Positions 26,933 to 35,945 of a stretch of DNA of 64,000 bases are shown here, in pieces. The first letter of the stretch is position 1; every line of letters starts with the position of its first letter. The DNA comes from a virus. Lineage: Duplodnaviria; Caudoviricetes. Below the pieces are notes generated by a model. That model saw only the letters and a list, made by a program, of their open reading frames with translations, was not told the DNA's origin and made no database searches. The DNA lies in the IMG/VR virus record IMGVR_UViG_3300044645_001738, positions 19,978 through 83,977 of that record, one strand, 5' to 3'. Position numbers and translations under genes: made by a program.

Positions 26933-27244
26933 TCACTTAACCCTTACCTCAATCCTGGGCAGCAGGTTGGAAACACCGTGCCAAACAAATTGGATTCCTG
27001 TTACAATTCCACAAGAAATGAGGAATACAACCAGTAGTTCTGCAACGGTGAGGTTGCGCCGAACATACATCACCTGCGGCGGTTGCTGTTGAAAGCTTGC
27101 TTGCTGGGCCAAGGCTTGTTGGATGGCTAGTTCTTTTGCCCTTGCTTTCATTGCTGCAAGATTTTCAGGGCTGATCTCATTCATGAAATAGTCCTGACCA
27201 GTGGGTTGACCCGGAAACTGACTAGGGGGAATTTGTTCTTCCAT
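26933..27244 (-). CDS. membrane-anchored hypothetical protein
   Basis: Gln/Pro-rich N-terminus, one TM near the C-terminus. Confidence 0.65.
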   Translation of the reverse strand: MEEQIPPSQFPGQPTGQDYFMNEISPENLAAMKARAKELAIQQALAQQASFQQQPPQVMYVRRNLTVAELLVVFLISCGIVTGIQFVWHGVSNLLPRIEVRVK

Positions 27245-27295
27245 GATGCAAAACCTTTTCACACACACTAGCATCTATAGAGAGGATTTGTCGCT

Positions 27296-27721
27296 ATGAA
27301 CTACGGCTTACGAAAAGGTTTGGAGGATATTGCCACCGAACTCAAGGGTATTCGCAACATCCTTTCGTCAATGTGGCACAGTCGTTACGGAGAAGATGAA
27401 ACAAATATCTTGAATCCCCAGATTTACGCAGATGAATACGTATCAACTGAGGAGTGTGCCAAGCGGTTGGGCGTATCCGATCAAACGATCAGAAATTGGA
27501 TTTCTATTGGACGTAAGACTCCTGACAAGGGTTGGGTAGAAGGTGTTCACTACGTCAATATTTCGCCAGATCCCAATCGCAAAGCGGTTATTCGTATCCC
27601 ATGGAACCAGATGATTCACGCATTCTGCAAGAATCGCCAAAGTGATCTCTGGGATTTTATTGGCAACACCGGTGCACGGTCGACCAAATATAAAACAACT
27701 AACCCCGATCGTCTCGTATAA
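27296..27721 (+). CDS. helix-turn-helix DNA-binding protein (excisionase/MerR-like)
   Basis: VSTEECAKRLGVSDQTIRNWI..W.EGVHY. Confidence 0.8.
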   Translation: MNYGLRKGLEDIATELKGIRNILSSMWHSRYGEDETNILNPQIYADEYVSTEECAKRLGVSDQTIRNWISIGRKTPDKGWVEGVHYVNISPDPNRKAVIRIPWNQMIHAFCKNRQSDLWDFIGNTGARSTKYKTTNPDRLV

Positions 27722-28188
27722 TGCCGCACAGATTTCACGGGATTGAAACTGAGGTTGTAACCCTGGTCAATTACAGGGAAGTATTGCCAGCATCACTTGC
27801 GGATCAAGTGGAAATGTTCTTGCCACCCGAAGGATCTTTCGATGACGGGTGCCTGCAAAGATACCTGGAAAACTTAAAAAATTATGAAGAAGAGGATGCG
27901 AACTTTGGTATGACACTTGCCAATCGTTTGCGTCTTGCGTTCCAGGACTTAACACCTGATACAATCTGCGGCAAATTCCCGCAAGCCGAATTGCCACTTA
28001 AACGACGGCTACGTTGTGTGGCAGAATATCTGATCCGTTCAGGAGAATTTGAAAAACTGAAGGACGATACTGGACGCCTCGTAAAAAAACGCGGTATCCT
28101 GGGCAAGATGGTTGTCTTGTACAAACCAACCAATAAACTACTGGAAGCATTAATCAAGCAGGGGTTGATCAAAAATGAGCCGTCGTGA
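27721..28188 (+). CDS. hypothetical protein
   Basis: TAATG-coupled 155-aa ORF. Confidence 0.7.
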   Translation: MPHRFHGIETEVVTLVNYREVLPASLADQVEMFLPPEGSFDDGCLQRYLENLKNYEEEDANFGMTLANRLRLAFQDLTPDTICGKFPQAELPLKRRLRCVAEYLIRSGEFEKLKDDTGRLVKKRGILGKMVVLYKPTNKLLEALIKQGLIKNEPS

Positions 28189-28561
28189 AAAGTTGATCGC
28201 ATCGGTGATCGGTCCTGAGCTTGATCAAACGAAAGCCAAGATGCTTGATGCCACTATCAAGTTGATCCTTGGTGACATGGGGCAGCATTATTGCAAAATG
28301 TGGGAGCATGAAGGTCCAGGGGTGATGGTGTTTCAACCTGACAATTCCGACCGTTCGATGTTCTTCATGACGCTAAAGGAGATGCACTCAGCGCAAGAGG
28401 AGTGTGAACGCGGTAATGATGGGGATTTAGCTGAGACATTCAGGCGTATCCTCAGTGCTGCACAGAAAATTAATCCAACGGAAAAAGCTGGTTACATCAT
28501 CAATGATGCAGCGGGCATGCGTTACTTGGAAATCGACTACAACAAAGTATCGGAAGACTGA
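28175..28561 (+). CDS. hypothetical protein
   Basis: 128-aa ORF in operon. Confidence 0.7.
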   Translation: MSRREKLIASVIGPELDQTKAKMLDATIKLILGDMGQHYCKMWEHEGPGVMVFQPDNSDRSMFFMTLKEMHSAQEECERGNDGDLAETFRRILSAAQKINPTEKAGYIINDAAGMRYLEIDYNKVSED

Positions 28562-29148
28562 TGGCAATTGAAAACATCAAGGCTCACGCAGAAGATCGTG
28601 AGTTAATCACAAGTTCTGACCTGGTTTCAGCAGCGCACGCCCTGATGGAGGGTATTGATCTTGATGTTGCCAGCTCAGATTTTGCAAATGAATACGTCGA
28701 TGCCAAGAAGTATTTCACTCCATCTGACGATGGATTGAACTGCCAAACGTGGTACGGCAAGGTTTACGTCTTTCCTCCCAGTGGCGCATACTTCTGGGAC
28801 AAGAAGAATGAACGCTGGAAGATGACACGGTCTTCTTCTCCAACTTTGACATCGTCACATGCGGTGTGGTTCCGAAAGCTGTACCGCAGCTGGTTAGCAA
28901 GAGAAGTAAGTCAGGGCTTGTACTTTACCAACTGCCCGGACATGATTCGTTACGAGTTTAAGATCTTTGATTTTCCCATCTGCATCTTGCGGACGCCACC
29001 AACGTTAACAGTTCGCAAGAGCACAGGTGTTGGCGTGCATAAAACGTGCACCTCACTATTGGTGTACCTGCCTCCCATGGAAGATACGGGGAAAGCAATC
29101 GAACGTTTTAAGGATATTTACGAACCAAGGGGGCACATTCTCTGTTAA
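28561..29148 (+). CDS. phage Dam-like N6-adenine methyltransferase homologue with altered catalytic motif
   Basis: IDLDVASS..AN..V.A..YFT..DDGL..W.G.V.VFPPS (NPPY expected). Confidence 0.7.
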   Translation: MAIENIKAHAEDRELITSSDLVSAAHALMEGIDLDVASSDFANEYVDAKKYFTPSDDGLNCQTWYGKVYVFPPSGAYFWDKKNERWKMTRSSSPTLTSSHAVWFRKLYRSWLAREVSQGLYFTNCPDMIRYEFKIFDFPICILRTPPTLTVRKSTGVGVHKTCTSLLVYLPPMEDTGKAIERFKDIYEPRGHILC

Positions 29149-29180
29149 TTTCTCTAGAGTGAAAAGGATTAAAAGGAATT

Positions 29181-29768
29181 ATGAGCATCCTTGCCGACTG
29201 GGAAATTCGTGAGCAGGCCCTTGAACATGGGATGATTGATCCATTTGTGGATCATTTGGTAAGCAAGGAGAATGGACGGAAACTTCTCAGTTACGGCCTC
29301 AGTTCGTACGGATATGACATTCGCTTATCACCTAGTCAGTGCCTGATTTTTGGCCGTGTACAAGCCGGGGATTGTGACCCCAAGAATTTTGATCCCGATA
29401 TTTTGAAGCCAGCGGATCTGCGGGAAGACGAACGTGGCCAATACTTCTTGCTGCCGCCGTACGGCTATTGCCTTGGCGTAGCGCATGAACGTCTGAGGCT
29501 CCCTAGCAACATTAGTGTTGTAGCTGTTGGTAAATCTACATATGCGCGGTCAGGGATTATGGTAAACATCACGCCTGCCGAAGCAGGATGGGAGGGTTAC
29601 CTTACGCTTGAAATCAGTAACTGCACTGGTTTGTTCAATCGCATTTATGCGAACGAGGGAATTACTCAGCTGTTGTTCCACACTGGTAGCCATTGTGAAG
29701 TTACTTACCAGGACCGGAAAGGTAAGTATCAAGACCAACCAAAGAACGTTGTGTTCTCCCAGGTTTAG
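29181..29768 (+). CDS. dcd: dCTP deaminase
   Basis: SYGLSSYGYDIR, GKSTYARSG, TPAEAGWEG.LTLE, YANEGI.Q, GKYQDQ. Confidence 0.95.
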   Translation: MSILADWEIREQALEHGMIDPFVDHLVSKENGRKLLSYGLSSYGYDIRLSPSQCLIFGRVQAGDCDPKNFDPDILKPADLREDERGQYFLLPPYGYCLGVAHERLRLPSNISVVAVGKSTYARSGIMVNITPAEAGWEGYLTLEISNCTGLFNRIYANEGITQLLFHTGSHCEVTYQDRKGKYQDQPKNVVFSQV

Positions 29769-30136
29769 TATTGCTTACCAAAGCTTGATCCAGGTTTACG
29801 GGCGTAGCCGGTACTTCCGGCTCGTCCGATTGTGTCCCCCATACTTGGCAGTGCAACACCGTCCATTGTTGCTTCTGTTCTTGGGGTTTTACCTCGGATG
29901 GTCGGTTCAGCAATACCTGCTCTTTGTCGGTATGCCCCAGCGGTTTTGGCTGCCCTAAAGAACTTACCAACGCGGTCTTGATTATCGTTTAACGATTCAA
30001 CAGCTTGTCTTTCTTCTGATGGGAAACGACGTAAATCTGTATCGTACGCCTGTTCAGGATTAAGGTCAGTAACCTCAGCCCCTGACGTACCAGCGTCAGC
30101 CGTTGGATCGTAATTGGGGTCAAAGAATTTTGCCAT
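29765..30136 (-). CDS. hypothetical protein
   Basis: ORF with own TACAAT -10. Confidence 0.65.
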   Translation of the reverse strand: MAKFFDPNYDPTADAGTSGAEVTDLNPEQAYDTDLRRFPSEERQAVESLNDNQDRVGKFFRAAKTAGAYRQRAGIAEPTIRGKTPRTEATMDGVALPSMGDTIGRAGSTGYARKPGSSFGKQY

Positions 30137-30177
30137 AGTATCATTGTAGAAGCAATAAATCAACCAGGGTATTCGCC

Positions 30178-30519
30178 ATGCATGGCGTCGCAGGTTTCTT
30201 AGATAGCTTCATTCAAGACGAAGTAAAGTGCCGCTGCCTCAGCGAAGAAGATTTTGGTGCACCGCTCGACAATGAAGCGAATGATGTACCATTAATGGAT
30301 ATGTACAACCGAGGCTTGGTCGCATGTCAACAGGGGCGGGAAAGGAATCCACTGAATCTCGAGGGGCAACGGCCTGGAACGACGGGGTATATTCCGTCAA
30401 TGGAGGAGGGTCTGCAGATGGGGGCATCACCCAAGCCCAGGGCGTTAGTGCTGGACCTGGAGGGGCCCAGCGAGGAGATGCTGGAGCAGTCACGCAAGCG
30501 TCGTGGTTTGAGCCGGTAA
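30178..30519 (+). CDS. hypothetical protein
   Basis: 113-aa ORF divergent from the previous gene. Confidence 0.6.
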   Translation: MHGVAGFLDSFIQDEVKCRCLSEEDFGAPLDNEANDVPLMDMYNRGLVACQQGRERNPLNLEGQRPGTTGYIPSMEEGLQMGASPKPRALVLDLEGPSEEMLEQSRKRRGLSR

Positions 30520-30809
30520 CAGACGATTCTGGCTGCAAGGACGGCATTTGTCCTGTGCCCTGGCTAACGAAAGAAAAGGCATCGGTGCTCCAGGAGGATG
30601 TGGTTAATCATCCTTCTCACTACGGCGGCATTGAGTGCATTGAAGCCATTGAGACAGCTTTAACCACCGAAGAATTCCGTGGTTTCTGCAAGGCCAACTG
30701 CATGAAGTATATCTGGCGTGAGAAGCATAAAGGCGGGACAGAATCACTGAAGAAGGCACAGTGGTACCTCAACCGCCTTATTGATTTGGACGAAGCTCAA
30801 AACGGTTGA
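30324..30809 (+). CDS. DUF3310 (SaV/T7 gp1.7-like) protein
   Basis: DVVNHPSHY..IECIEAI..GFC..N..KYIWR..KGG.E.LKKAQWYL; start uncertain. Confidence 0.85.
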   Translation: MSTGAGKESTESRGATAWNDGVYSVNGGGSADGGITQAQGVSAGPGGAQRGDAGAVTQASWFEPVTDDSGCKDGICPVPWLTKEKASVLQEDVVNHPSHYGGIECIEAIETALTTEEFRGFCKANCMKYIWREKHKGGTESLKKAQWYLNRLIDLDEAQNG

Positions 30810-31102
30810 AGCTCATCTTCGTCTTCGTCATCCTCGTCGTCGCCAATACAAGCGGCGGCGAGTTCTGCTAATTCCAAGTCGGTGGGAATGTCGAAGTCAA
30901 TCGAGATGTTTTCTGCTGCGAGGATATCTTTGATGGCATACCACTCCATCAGCCGCTGGTGGTAGAGGTTCAGAAGTGCGTACAGCAATTCATCCCATGT
31001 CATCTCTTGCGCTGCAAGTTCTGCCTTGCGCATGGAGAACTGCAATTCCAACGGGAGTTCAAATTCCCTGGGCTCGACTGATCTCTCCATTCCAGCCTTC
31101 AT
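30797..31102 (-). CDS. nblA: NblA-like phycobilisome degradation protein with acidic tail
   Basis: LPLELQFSMR..QEMTWDELLYALLNLYHQ versus the NblA pattern LSLEQQFSIR..Q.MS.DQ...L..LY.Q. Confidence 0.7.
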   Translation of the reverse strand: MKAGMERSVEPREFELPLELQFSMRKAELAAQEMTWDELLYALLNLYHQRLMEWYAIKDILAAENISIDFDIPTDLELAELAAACIGDDEDDEDEDELQPF

Positions 31103-31126
31103 TTGCGTGTTGCAATTATTCTAATG

Positions 31127-31810
31127 CTAGCTGGCGGACAGAAGATCTGCTTCTTGGTCGTTAAAATCAAACCAAGGGTTTTCATCAATCCGGAAGTTGT
31201 TTCCAAACTCTGCCAGGATGTATGGACTCATGAGTTCTTCCAAGCGTCGCACTGCTTTCACCTGATGAGGTGCTGCGGTGTAATTGCGGAATGCTGTCAA
31301 CAATACTTCGGTAGAGGCCCAGGGATTTGCATCAACTCCTTGGAGGAACAGGTTGATTTCTTCTCGGCGTCGATCCAGGAGATTACCAACGACTTGATGA
31401 TCAGCATTGAAGATCCACCGGCCCATTTCTCGCGTGGCACCGCAGTAATCTTCGTGTTCAATGCAATCGATAATGGCGCTGTAAAGGAAGGGTTCCCAGC
31501 CGATGGAGTGAATGAAAGAAATCAAGGCTTGACGCATGCCGTCATCAAGGCCCAGGTTTTGCTTTAGCAGCTGGGTGTCAATGATATTTGTTTCGTGGAA
31601 TAACAGCTCCAGTGCTTTTTGTGGACTGCAACGTTGACCACGTTTGACAGGAGAGCCGTCAGGGTAAAACTGTGTGCCGTAACCAATGGTGTACGGATCT
31701 TTCCCTGTGTGAGGATCTGCGAAAGCTTGTTCGTTAAAACCTTCGTATTTCCTGATCAGATTAAGCGCAGCGGAAAGATCCGACATAGGAGTAACATTAG
31801 TTACTCCCAA
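31127..31810 (-). CDS. GH24 phage lysozyme with C-terminal PHQ module
   Basis: LIRKYEG..AF.D..TIGYG, ALISF, L..RRREE. Confidence 0.88.
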   Translation of the reverse strand: MGVTNVTPMSDLSAALNLIRKYEGFNEQAFADPHTGKDPYTIGYGTQFYPDGSPVKRGQRCSPQKALELLFHETNIIDTQLLKQNLGLDDGMRQALISFIHSIGWEPFLYSAIIDCIEHEDYCGATREMGRWIFNADHQVVGNLLDRRREEINLFLQGVDANPWASTEVLLTAFRNYTAAPHQVKAVRRLEELMSPYILAEFGNNFRIDENPWFDFNDQEADLLSAS

Positions 31811-31821
31811 TCATACACAAT

Positions 31822-31947
31822 TTACTTACCTTGGCCGCGTGTTTGTTTGCGTCCGTGATTAGGAAGTGAGTGTTGCCCTTGTCCTTGACGAGTCTTTTTA
31901 GGGCGGGATTCAATCTTGACGACTGAGCTGGACTTGGGTTTGGCCAT
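31822..31947 (-). CDS. 41-aa basic conserved phage peptide (not in ORF track)
   Basis: ..PKKTRQGQG..RGQGK*. Confidence 0.7.
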   Translation of the reverse strand: MAKPKSSSVVKIESRPKKTRQGQGQHSLPNHGRKQTRGQGK

Positions 31948-31965
31948 GGGAAACCAATGTGGTGC

Positions 31966-32265
31966 TCACCATTTTACACGGTGGCTCCAGTAGCGTGCTG
32001 ACATTTTGTCGGGACTTGAATCTTGCGCATTGTGACGTGCGTAATAAGACCTGCGACGGGCCTTGTCTTTTTCTGAAGTTGGGTTTTTACCTGCGCCTTC
32101 AACTCCTTGCTGTCCAAACCTGATAATTTTTTCTTCACCGTCTTTACATGCTTTTACAACATGCGATTTTGTGGCATGACCTGGAGTGCGCTGCGGTTTG
32201 TTGCAGGCCATCTTATCTTTTGCCAACTTGGCAGCACCAGCGGCTTTCTTACGTTTGTCAGACAT
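31966..32265 (-). CDS. basic conserved phage protein
   Basis: KSHVV.A..K.IRFGQQG..RR.SY.ARH..SARYWS..KW. Confidence 0.8.
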   Translation of the reverse strand: MSDKRKKAAGAAKLAKDKMACNKPQRTPGHATKSHVVKACKDGEEKIIRFGQQGVEGAGKNPTSEKDKARRRSYYARHNAQDSSPDKMSARYWSHRVKW

Positions 32266-34982
32266 CAGAATCCTTTAAACATTGATGTAAATTCACCCAA
32301 GATTTGGCTACCTGTCTTTGATTTGTAGCTTGTTTCTTCATCATCCAATCCTAAGTTAAAGATACTTTTTTCTTTGGTGGTTGTCTCATCTGTTGTATCG
32401 GTGTCCTCATCACCAAAGAAACCTTGGATAGTACCAAGGGATGCGAATGGATCACTTAAGTCAAGTCCTTTTAACTGAAGGGCGCTGCCTGCGCCCGCCT
32501 TGGTGAGAAGCTGCTGCTCACTTCGGTCCGTATCGGGGAACAAATCAGTGTAAAACTCATCTTCTGTTCCCTTGTAACCAGCTTGTTGAAAGACTCTGTA
32601 CATTTCTGTTTCTGATTTGATCGAGTCTGTCTTGTAATCTTCGGGCCTTTCAATGTAATCAACACCTAAAACTTTTTGAGTAGGCTTCTCACCTTTTTCA
32701 TTCAGGTATTTGATCTGCTCTCTGATTTGTTGTGCGGAACCCGTGCGTAATGTCTCTGCAACTAAGTCTTTAAATTCACCCAGGTTCCCCTGAAAATCTT
32801 TAAGACCAACGGCGTCTAGCGCTTTTTGCCAAGTAGCTTTATCCGTTGGGTCCAGGCCCTTTAACATTTCGTCGGCAAACTCTTCTGGCGTAATGAATTG
32901 ACCAAAAATTGTTCCTTGTTTTAATGCTTCCTGCTTAAGAGACGGCAAGATTTTGTTGTAAATTTCATCTTGAACTCTTCCTGCCGTTAATATGTCTTCC
33001 GCCGGATCGTAGCCTAAGCCTTTCCCCTTGACCTGGAAGTGCATTCGCGCAAATTGTTCTTTGTTATTTGGATCAATACCAAAGCGATAAGCCTGGCTTG
33101 CCCAGTATTCATCACCGGCTTTTGCCTTTTCCCAATCATCTGCTACTGCCTGAGACTGTTGAGAGTAAGCATCAGTCCTGGCCTTGTCTCCAGTGGGATT
33201 GAAATAAAAGTCGGCATTAAAATAACGGTCGGGAGTATTTTGAACTTGAGCTAAAAACTGATCGGCACGCAAGTTGGCAACCTGACTAACAGCGTTCAGC
33301 ATGTCCTGCGTTTGGAACGGGTTTTGCTCTTGTTGCCGAACATCAAGGTACTCCGTGAATTCACTGATTGAACGAGAGGTGTTAAAACGTGGGATCAAAT
33401 ACTTGTCCATAAAATCTCTCGCAAACTGCGCTTCAACTTTTATGGTGTCTTTTGCCGTCTCGGTGCTGTAACCAAGTTCAACTTCTTGTTCGTACTTCTT
33501 CTTTAGCTCCGTATCAAACCATTGTTGCCAGTTGTAGGTGGTGCTGTTGTTGACACCTGTTATGTTTTGAAGGCTTTTCTCCAGGGAATCCTGGGACGCT
33601 TTGCCTGATGTAAAAGAAAGAATACCACCAACCCCAGAATCACCAAGGATGCTGTTACTGAGTTCTTTGTTGATGTCCATGATTTCTCCAAAGCCGGAGA
33701 AGCCTTGCATAAGGCCAAGCATTTGTTCTTTTCCCTTGGCCTTCTTCATTTGCTCAATGGTGTCCTTTAACACATTTTGAGTTAACGCACCAAATTTTTT
33801 TGCGTCTACTGTTGCCTTTTCACCAACCGCTTGGTTTACTGCATCTTCTAATTCCGTGACGCCATACCCAGCATTCAAGTTGTAAGCAAAACTTACTTGT
33901 TTGTCTTCTGGTCGTTGGGACAAACGGAACAGTGCGGCAAATTCATCAGGTTTCTCTGGGTTTAAGAACTTCTCTTTGCCCAGTGTTTTCCAGTATTGAT
34001 CACCTGCTTTTGCTTTATCCCATTCAGCAGAAACCTCAGGTACTGCCAAGAGGCGTTCAGTTTGTGTGTCAGTATTAAGGCCTAGCTGGAGGCTACGGGC
34101 AGCCTGAATGTCGGCATCGGTTGGCTTGCGTTCCAGGTATTGGTTTGCTGCTGTTGTTTGTTCTGCGGCATTACCTCGCTTCCCAGCTGCTTTCCCTTGG
34201 GATGTGTAGTGTTGAAGGTAATACGAGTTTTCAGAATACCTTTGGGTGATGTCAATATCATCATTAGCAACTGCGGCTTGCCACTTTTGCCCTACATCTG
34301 GATTGATTGATTTGTAGTACTTTGGATCAAAGTCGCCGTACTGCGGTTTTGCTCCCAGGTTTGCATCCCAGGTTTGTAGCTTTTCAGTTGAATAAAAAGC
34401 TTTGAAGTAATCCTCTAATTGTGATTTAGTTACATCACTGATACCCTGAAGCCTTCTGATCTGCTCCCTTTGCGTAACATAGTCTCCTCCTTGCGTTGAA
34501 TTAGCTGTTGCAAGGACGGTGTTATAGGCGTTGTTTTTGCTTGTGTTCTCAGTGTTTAAAGTTGTATTCTCTTGGTTTCTTTGGGTGTTTAAGTTGTTTG
34601 TTTGTTCATTATTTCTGTAAGTCGTTGCTGTACTTGCAGCTTTATCGCGCAATGCTTGAGTTGCTGACAAATAAGTAAGACTGTCTAGTCCTCCAAACCT
34701 TGAGCTAATTGCTTGTCTAACGCTTTCATCACTAACGTTGTCCCTTGGTACCGACCCTACGCTAATCCAGTCTTTTCCGGGTGATGAAGATTGTGCCGCT
34801 GTGTCGGTTACGACGGGATCGAAAAAATTTTGTCCTTTGAAAACACGCACACGCTTTTCAGTTTTTACCCAAAGATTTACCGTGCCTGAGTTCTCTAGAT
34901 TAGTTGGAAAATTAGTTTGGTAGTCTGTTTTCTCCTGTGCCAGATTCCACTTTTTATTTGTTGGATCGTAAGTTAATGCCAT
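32265..34982 (-). CDS. large virion-associated protein
   Basis: 905-aa ORF; internal repeat W.KAKAGD.YW; FDPKYY..NPDV..HY...GK..G.RG motif. Confidence 0.7.
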   Translation of the reverse strand: MALTYDPTNKKWNLAQEKTDYQTNFPTNLENSGTVNLWVKTEKRVRVFKGQNFFDPVVTDTAAQSSSPGKDWISVGSVPRDNVSDESVRQAISSRFGGLDSLTYLSATQALRDKAASTATTYRNNEQTNNLNTQRNQENTTLNTENTSKNNAYNTVLATANSTQGGDYVTQREQIRRLQGISDVTKSQLEDYFKAFYSTEKLQTWDANLGAKPQYGDFDPKYYKSINPDVGQKWQAAVANDDIDITQRYSENSYYLQHYTSQGKAAGKRGNAAEQTTAANQYLERKPTDADIQAARSLQLGLNTDTQTERLLAVPEVSAEWDKAKAGDQYWKTLGKEKFLNPEKPDEFAALFRLSQRPEDKQVSFAYNLNAGYGVTELEDAVNQAVGEKATVDAKKFGALTQNVLKDTIEQMKKAKGKEQMLGLMQGFSGFGEIMDINKELSNSILGDSGVGGILSFTSGKASQDSLEKSLQNITGVNNSTTYNWQQWFDTELKKKYEQEVELGYSTETAKDTIKVEAQFARDFMDKYLIPRFNTSRSISEFTEYLDVRQQEQNPFQTQDMLNAVSQVANLRADQFLAQVQNTPDRYFNADFYFNPTGDKARTDAYSQQSQAVADDWEKAKAGDEYWASQAYRFGIDPNNKEQFARMHFQVKGKGLGYDPAEDILTAGRVQDEIYNKILPSLKQEALKQGTIFGQFITPEEFADEMLKGLDPTDKATWQKALDAVGLKDFQGNLGEFKDLVAETLRTGSAQQIREQIKYLNEKGEKPTQKVLGVDYIERPEDYKTDSIKSETEMYRVFQQAGYKGTEDEFYTDLFPDTDRSEQQLLTKAGAGSALQLKGLDLSDPFASLGTIQGFFGDEDTDTTDETTTKEKSIFNLGLDDEETSYKSKTGSQILGEFTSMFKGF

Positions 34983-35353
34983 TATCCAGCAGCAAATGTA
35001 TCTGGTACCGTCTCAATATTATAAGTAAACAGGTCGATAATTTCTTGGTGTATCCAGGCCTCAATCCTGTTCATCCTTACTTCGGTGTAGTACGTCTGTT
35101 GTGGATACCATTCTTCCATTTTTGAACTAGCCTTGTTTGCATTACATCTTTTGCAGCAAGGCAGAAGGTTGTTCCGATTGCTGGAACCAGAACGAAACCT
35201 TGGGACAATGTGATCCAGGGATGTAGCTTGTTCTTCGCAATAACCACACTTGTGGTCCCACGCATCGTATATGGATTGACGGTAACGTTTCTTGGCCAAT
35301 TTAGGAGTTAATTCAAGGAGAAGGGAAAGGGGTTCCTGCTCACAGTTGAACAT
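34982..35353 (-). CDS. HNH endonuclease (HNH_5-like)
   Basis: CGYC..SLDHIVPR..G..NL.PCC..CN..K. Confidence 0.9.
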   Translation of the reverse strand: MFNCEQEPLSLLLELTPKLAKKRYRQSIYDAWDHKCGYCEEQATSLDHIVPRFRSGSSNRNNLLPCCKRCNANKASSKMEEWYPQQTYYTEVRMNRIEAWIHQEIIDLFTYNIETVPDTFAAG

Positions 35354-35488
35354 GCTCTTCGGTTGCCGTTAACTTATTCTAATTTCAGGACATGTAGACC
35401 AATGTAAACAAAGGGATGAAATCTTGCTTAAATCCATTGACGATCTGCCTGAGACCCATAACGTACAGAGGCAAGCACATGCCTTTTT

Positions 35489-35707
35489 ATGGCTAAGCAT
35501 CCAGGTTGGGTCACGGTCCAACAAGCCGAAGAACTTCTCGGCATTGATAAAAAGACTCTCTTCAAGTACCGCGATGACGGCACACTGAAGCTTGGCCCTC
35601 ACTACGCTGCCTTTCCTGATACACGTTCACGCGACACCTATCGCTGGAACGTAGCAGCAGTACGTAAGCACCTTCGCAAACTGGAGGCTGCTGCTACGGC
35701 AGCTTAA
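35489..35707 (+). CDS. small winged-HTH DNA-binding protein (excisionase-like)
   Basis: WVTVQQAEELLGIDKKTL..R..G.LK.G.HY..YRWN; TTGACG-N16-TAACGT upstream. Confidence 0.75.
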   Translation: MAKHPGWVTVQQAEELLGIDKKTLFKYRDDGTLKLGPHYAAFPDTRSRDTYRWNVAAVRKHLRKLEAAATAA

Positions 35708-35711
35708 GGCA

Positions 35712-35945
35712 TCAGTCTTCGGGCAGTATGCCTTCTGCGTATGCTGCCCAAGCAAGACCAAGTGATTCCATGGAGGATAGTTCATTTGCCTCGTAGGGCA
35801 AGTTGACTACATCTCCAGTTTTGTAAACAGTAGGAGATCCGTCGTAATAAACGGAGCTGAATCCATATTGACGGCGTGTGAGTTGTTCTTCACTTGGAGC
35901 TTTAGTGGAGTCAACAACATCGCCAAAGCCTGGTGTGTTGGTCAT
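35712..35945 (-). CDS. hypothetical protein
   Basis: ATGA-coupled to the GT-MTase gene. Confidence 0.65.
   Translation of the reverse strand: MTNTPGFGDVVDSTKAPSEEQLTRRQYGFSSVYYDGSPTVYKTGDVVNLPYEANELSSMESLGLAWAAYAEGILPED

Noticed and set aside
27296-35707. Excisionase-like HTH genes as evidence of a prophage
   Set aside because: No integrase, att site or host genes in the window; lifestyle cannot be determined.
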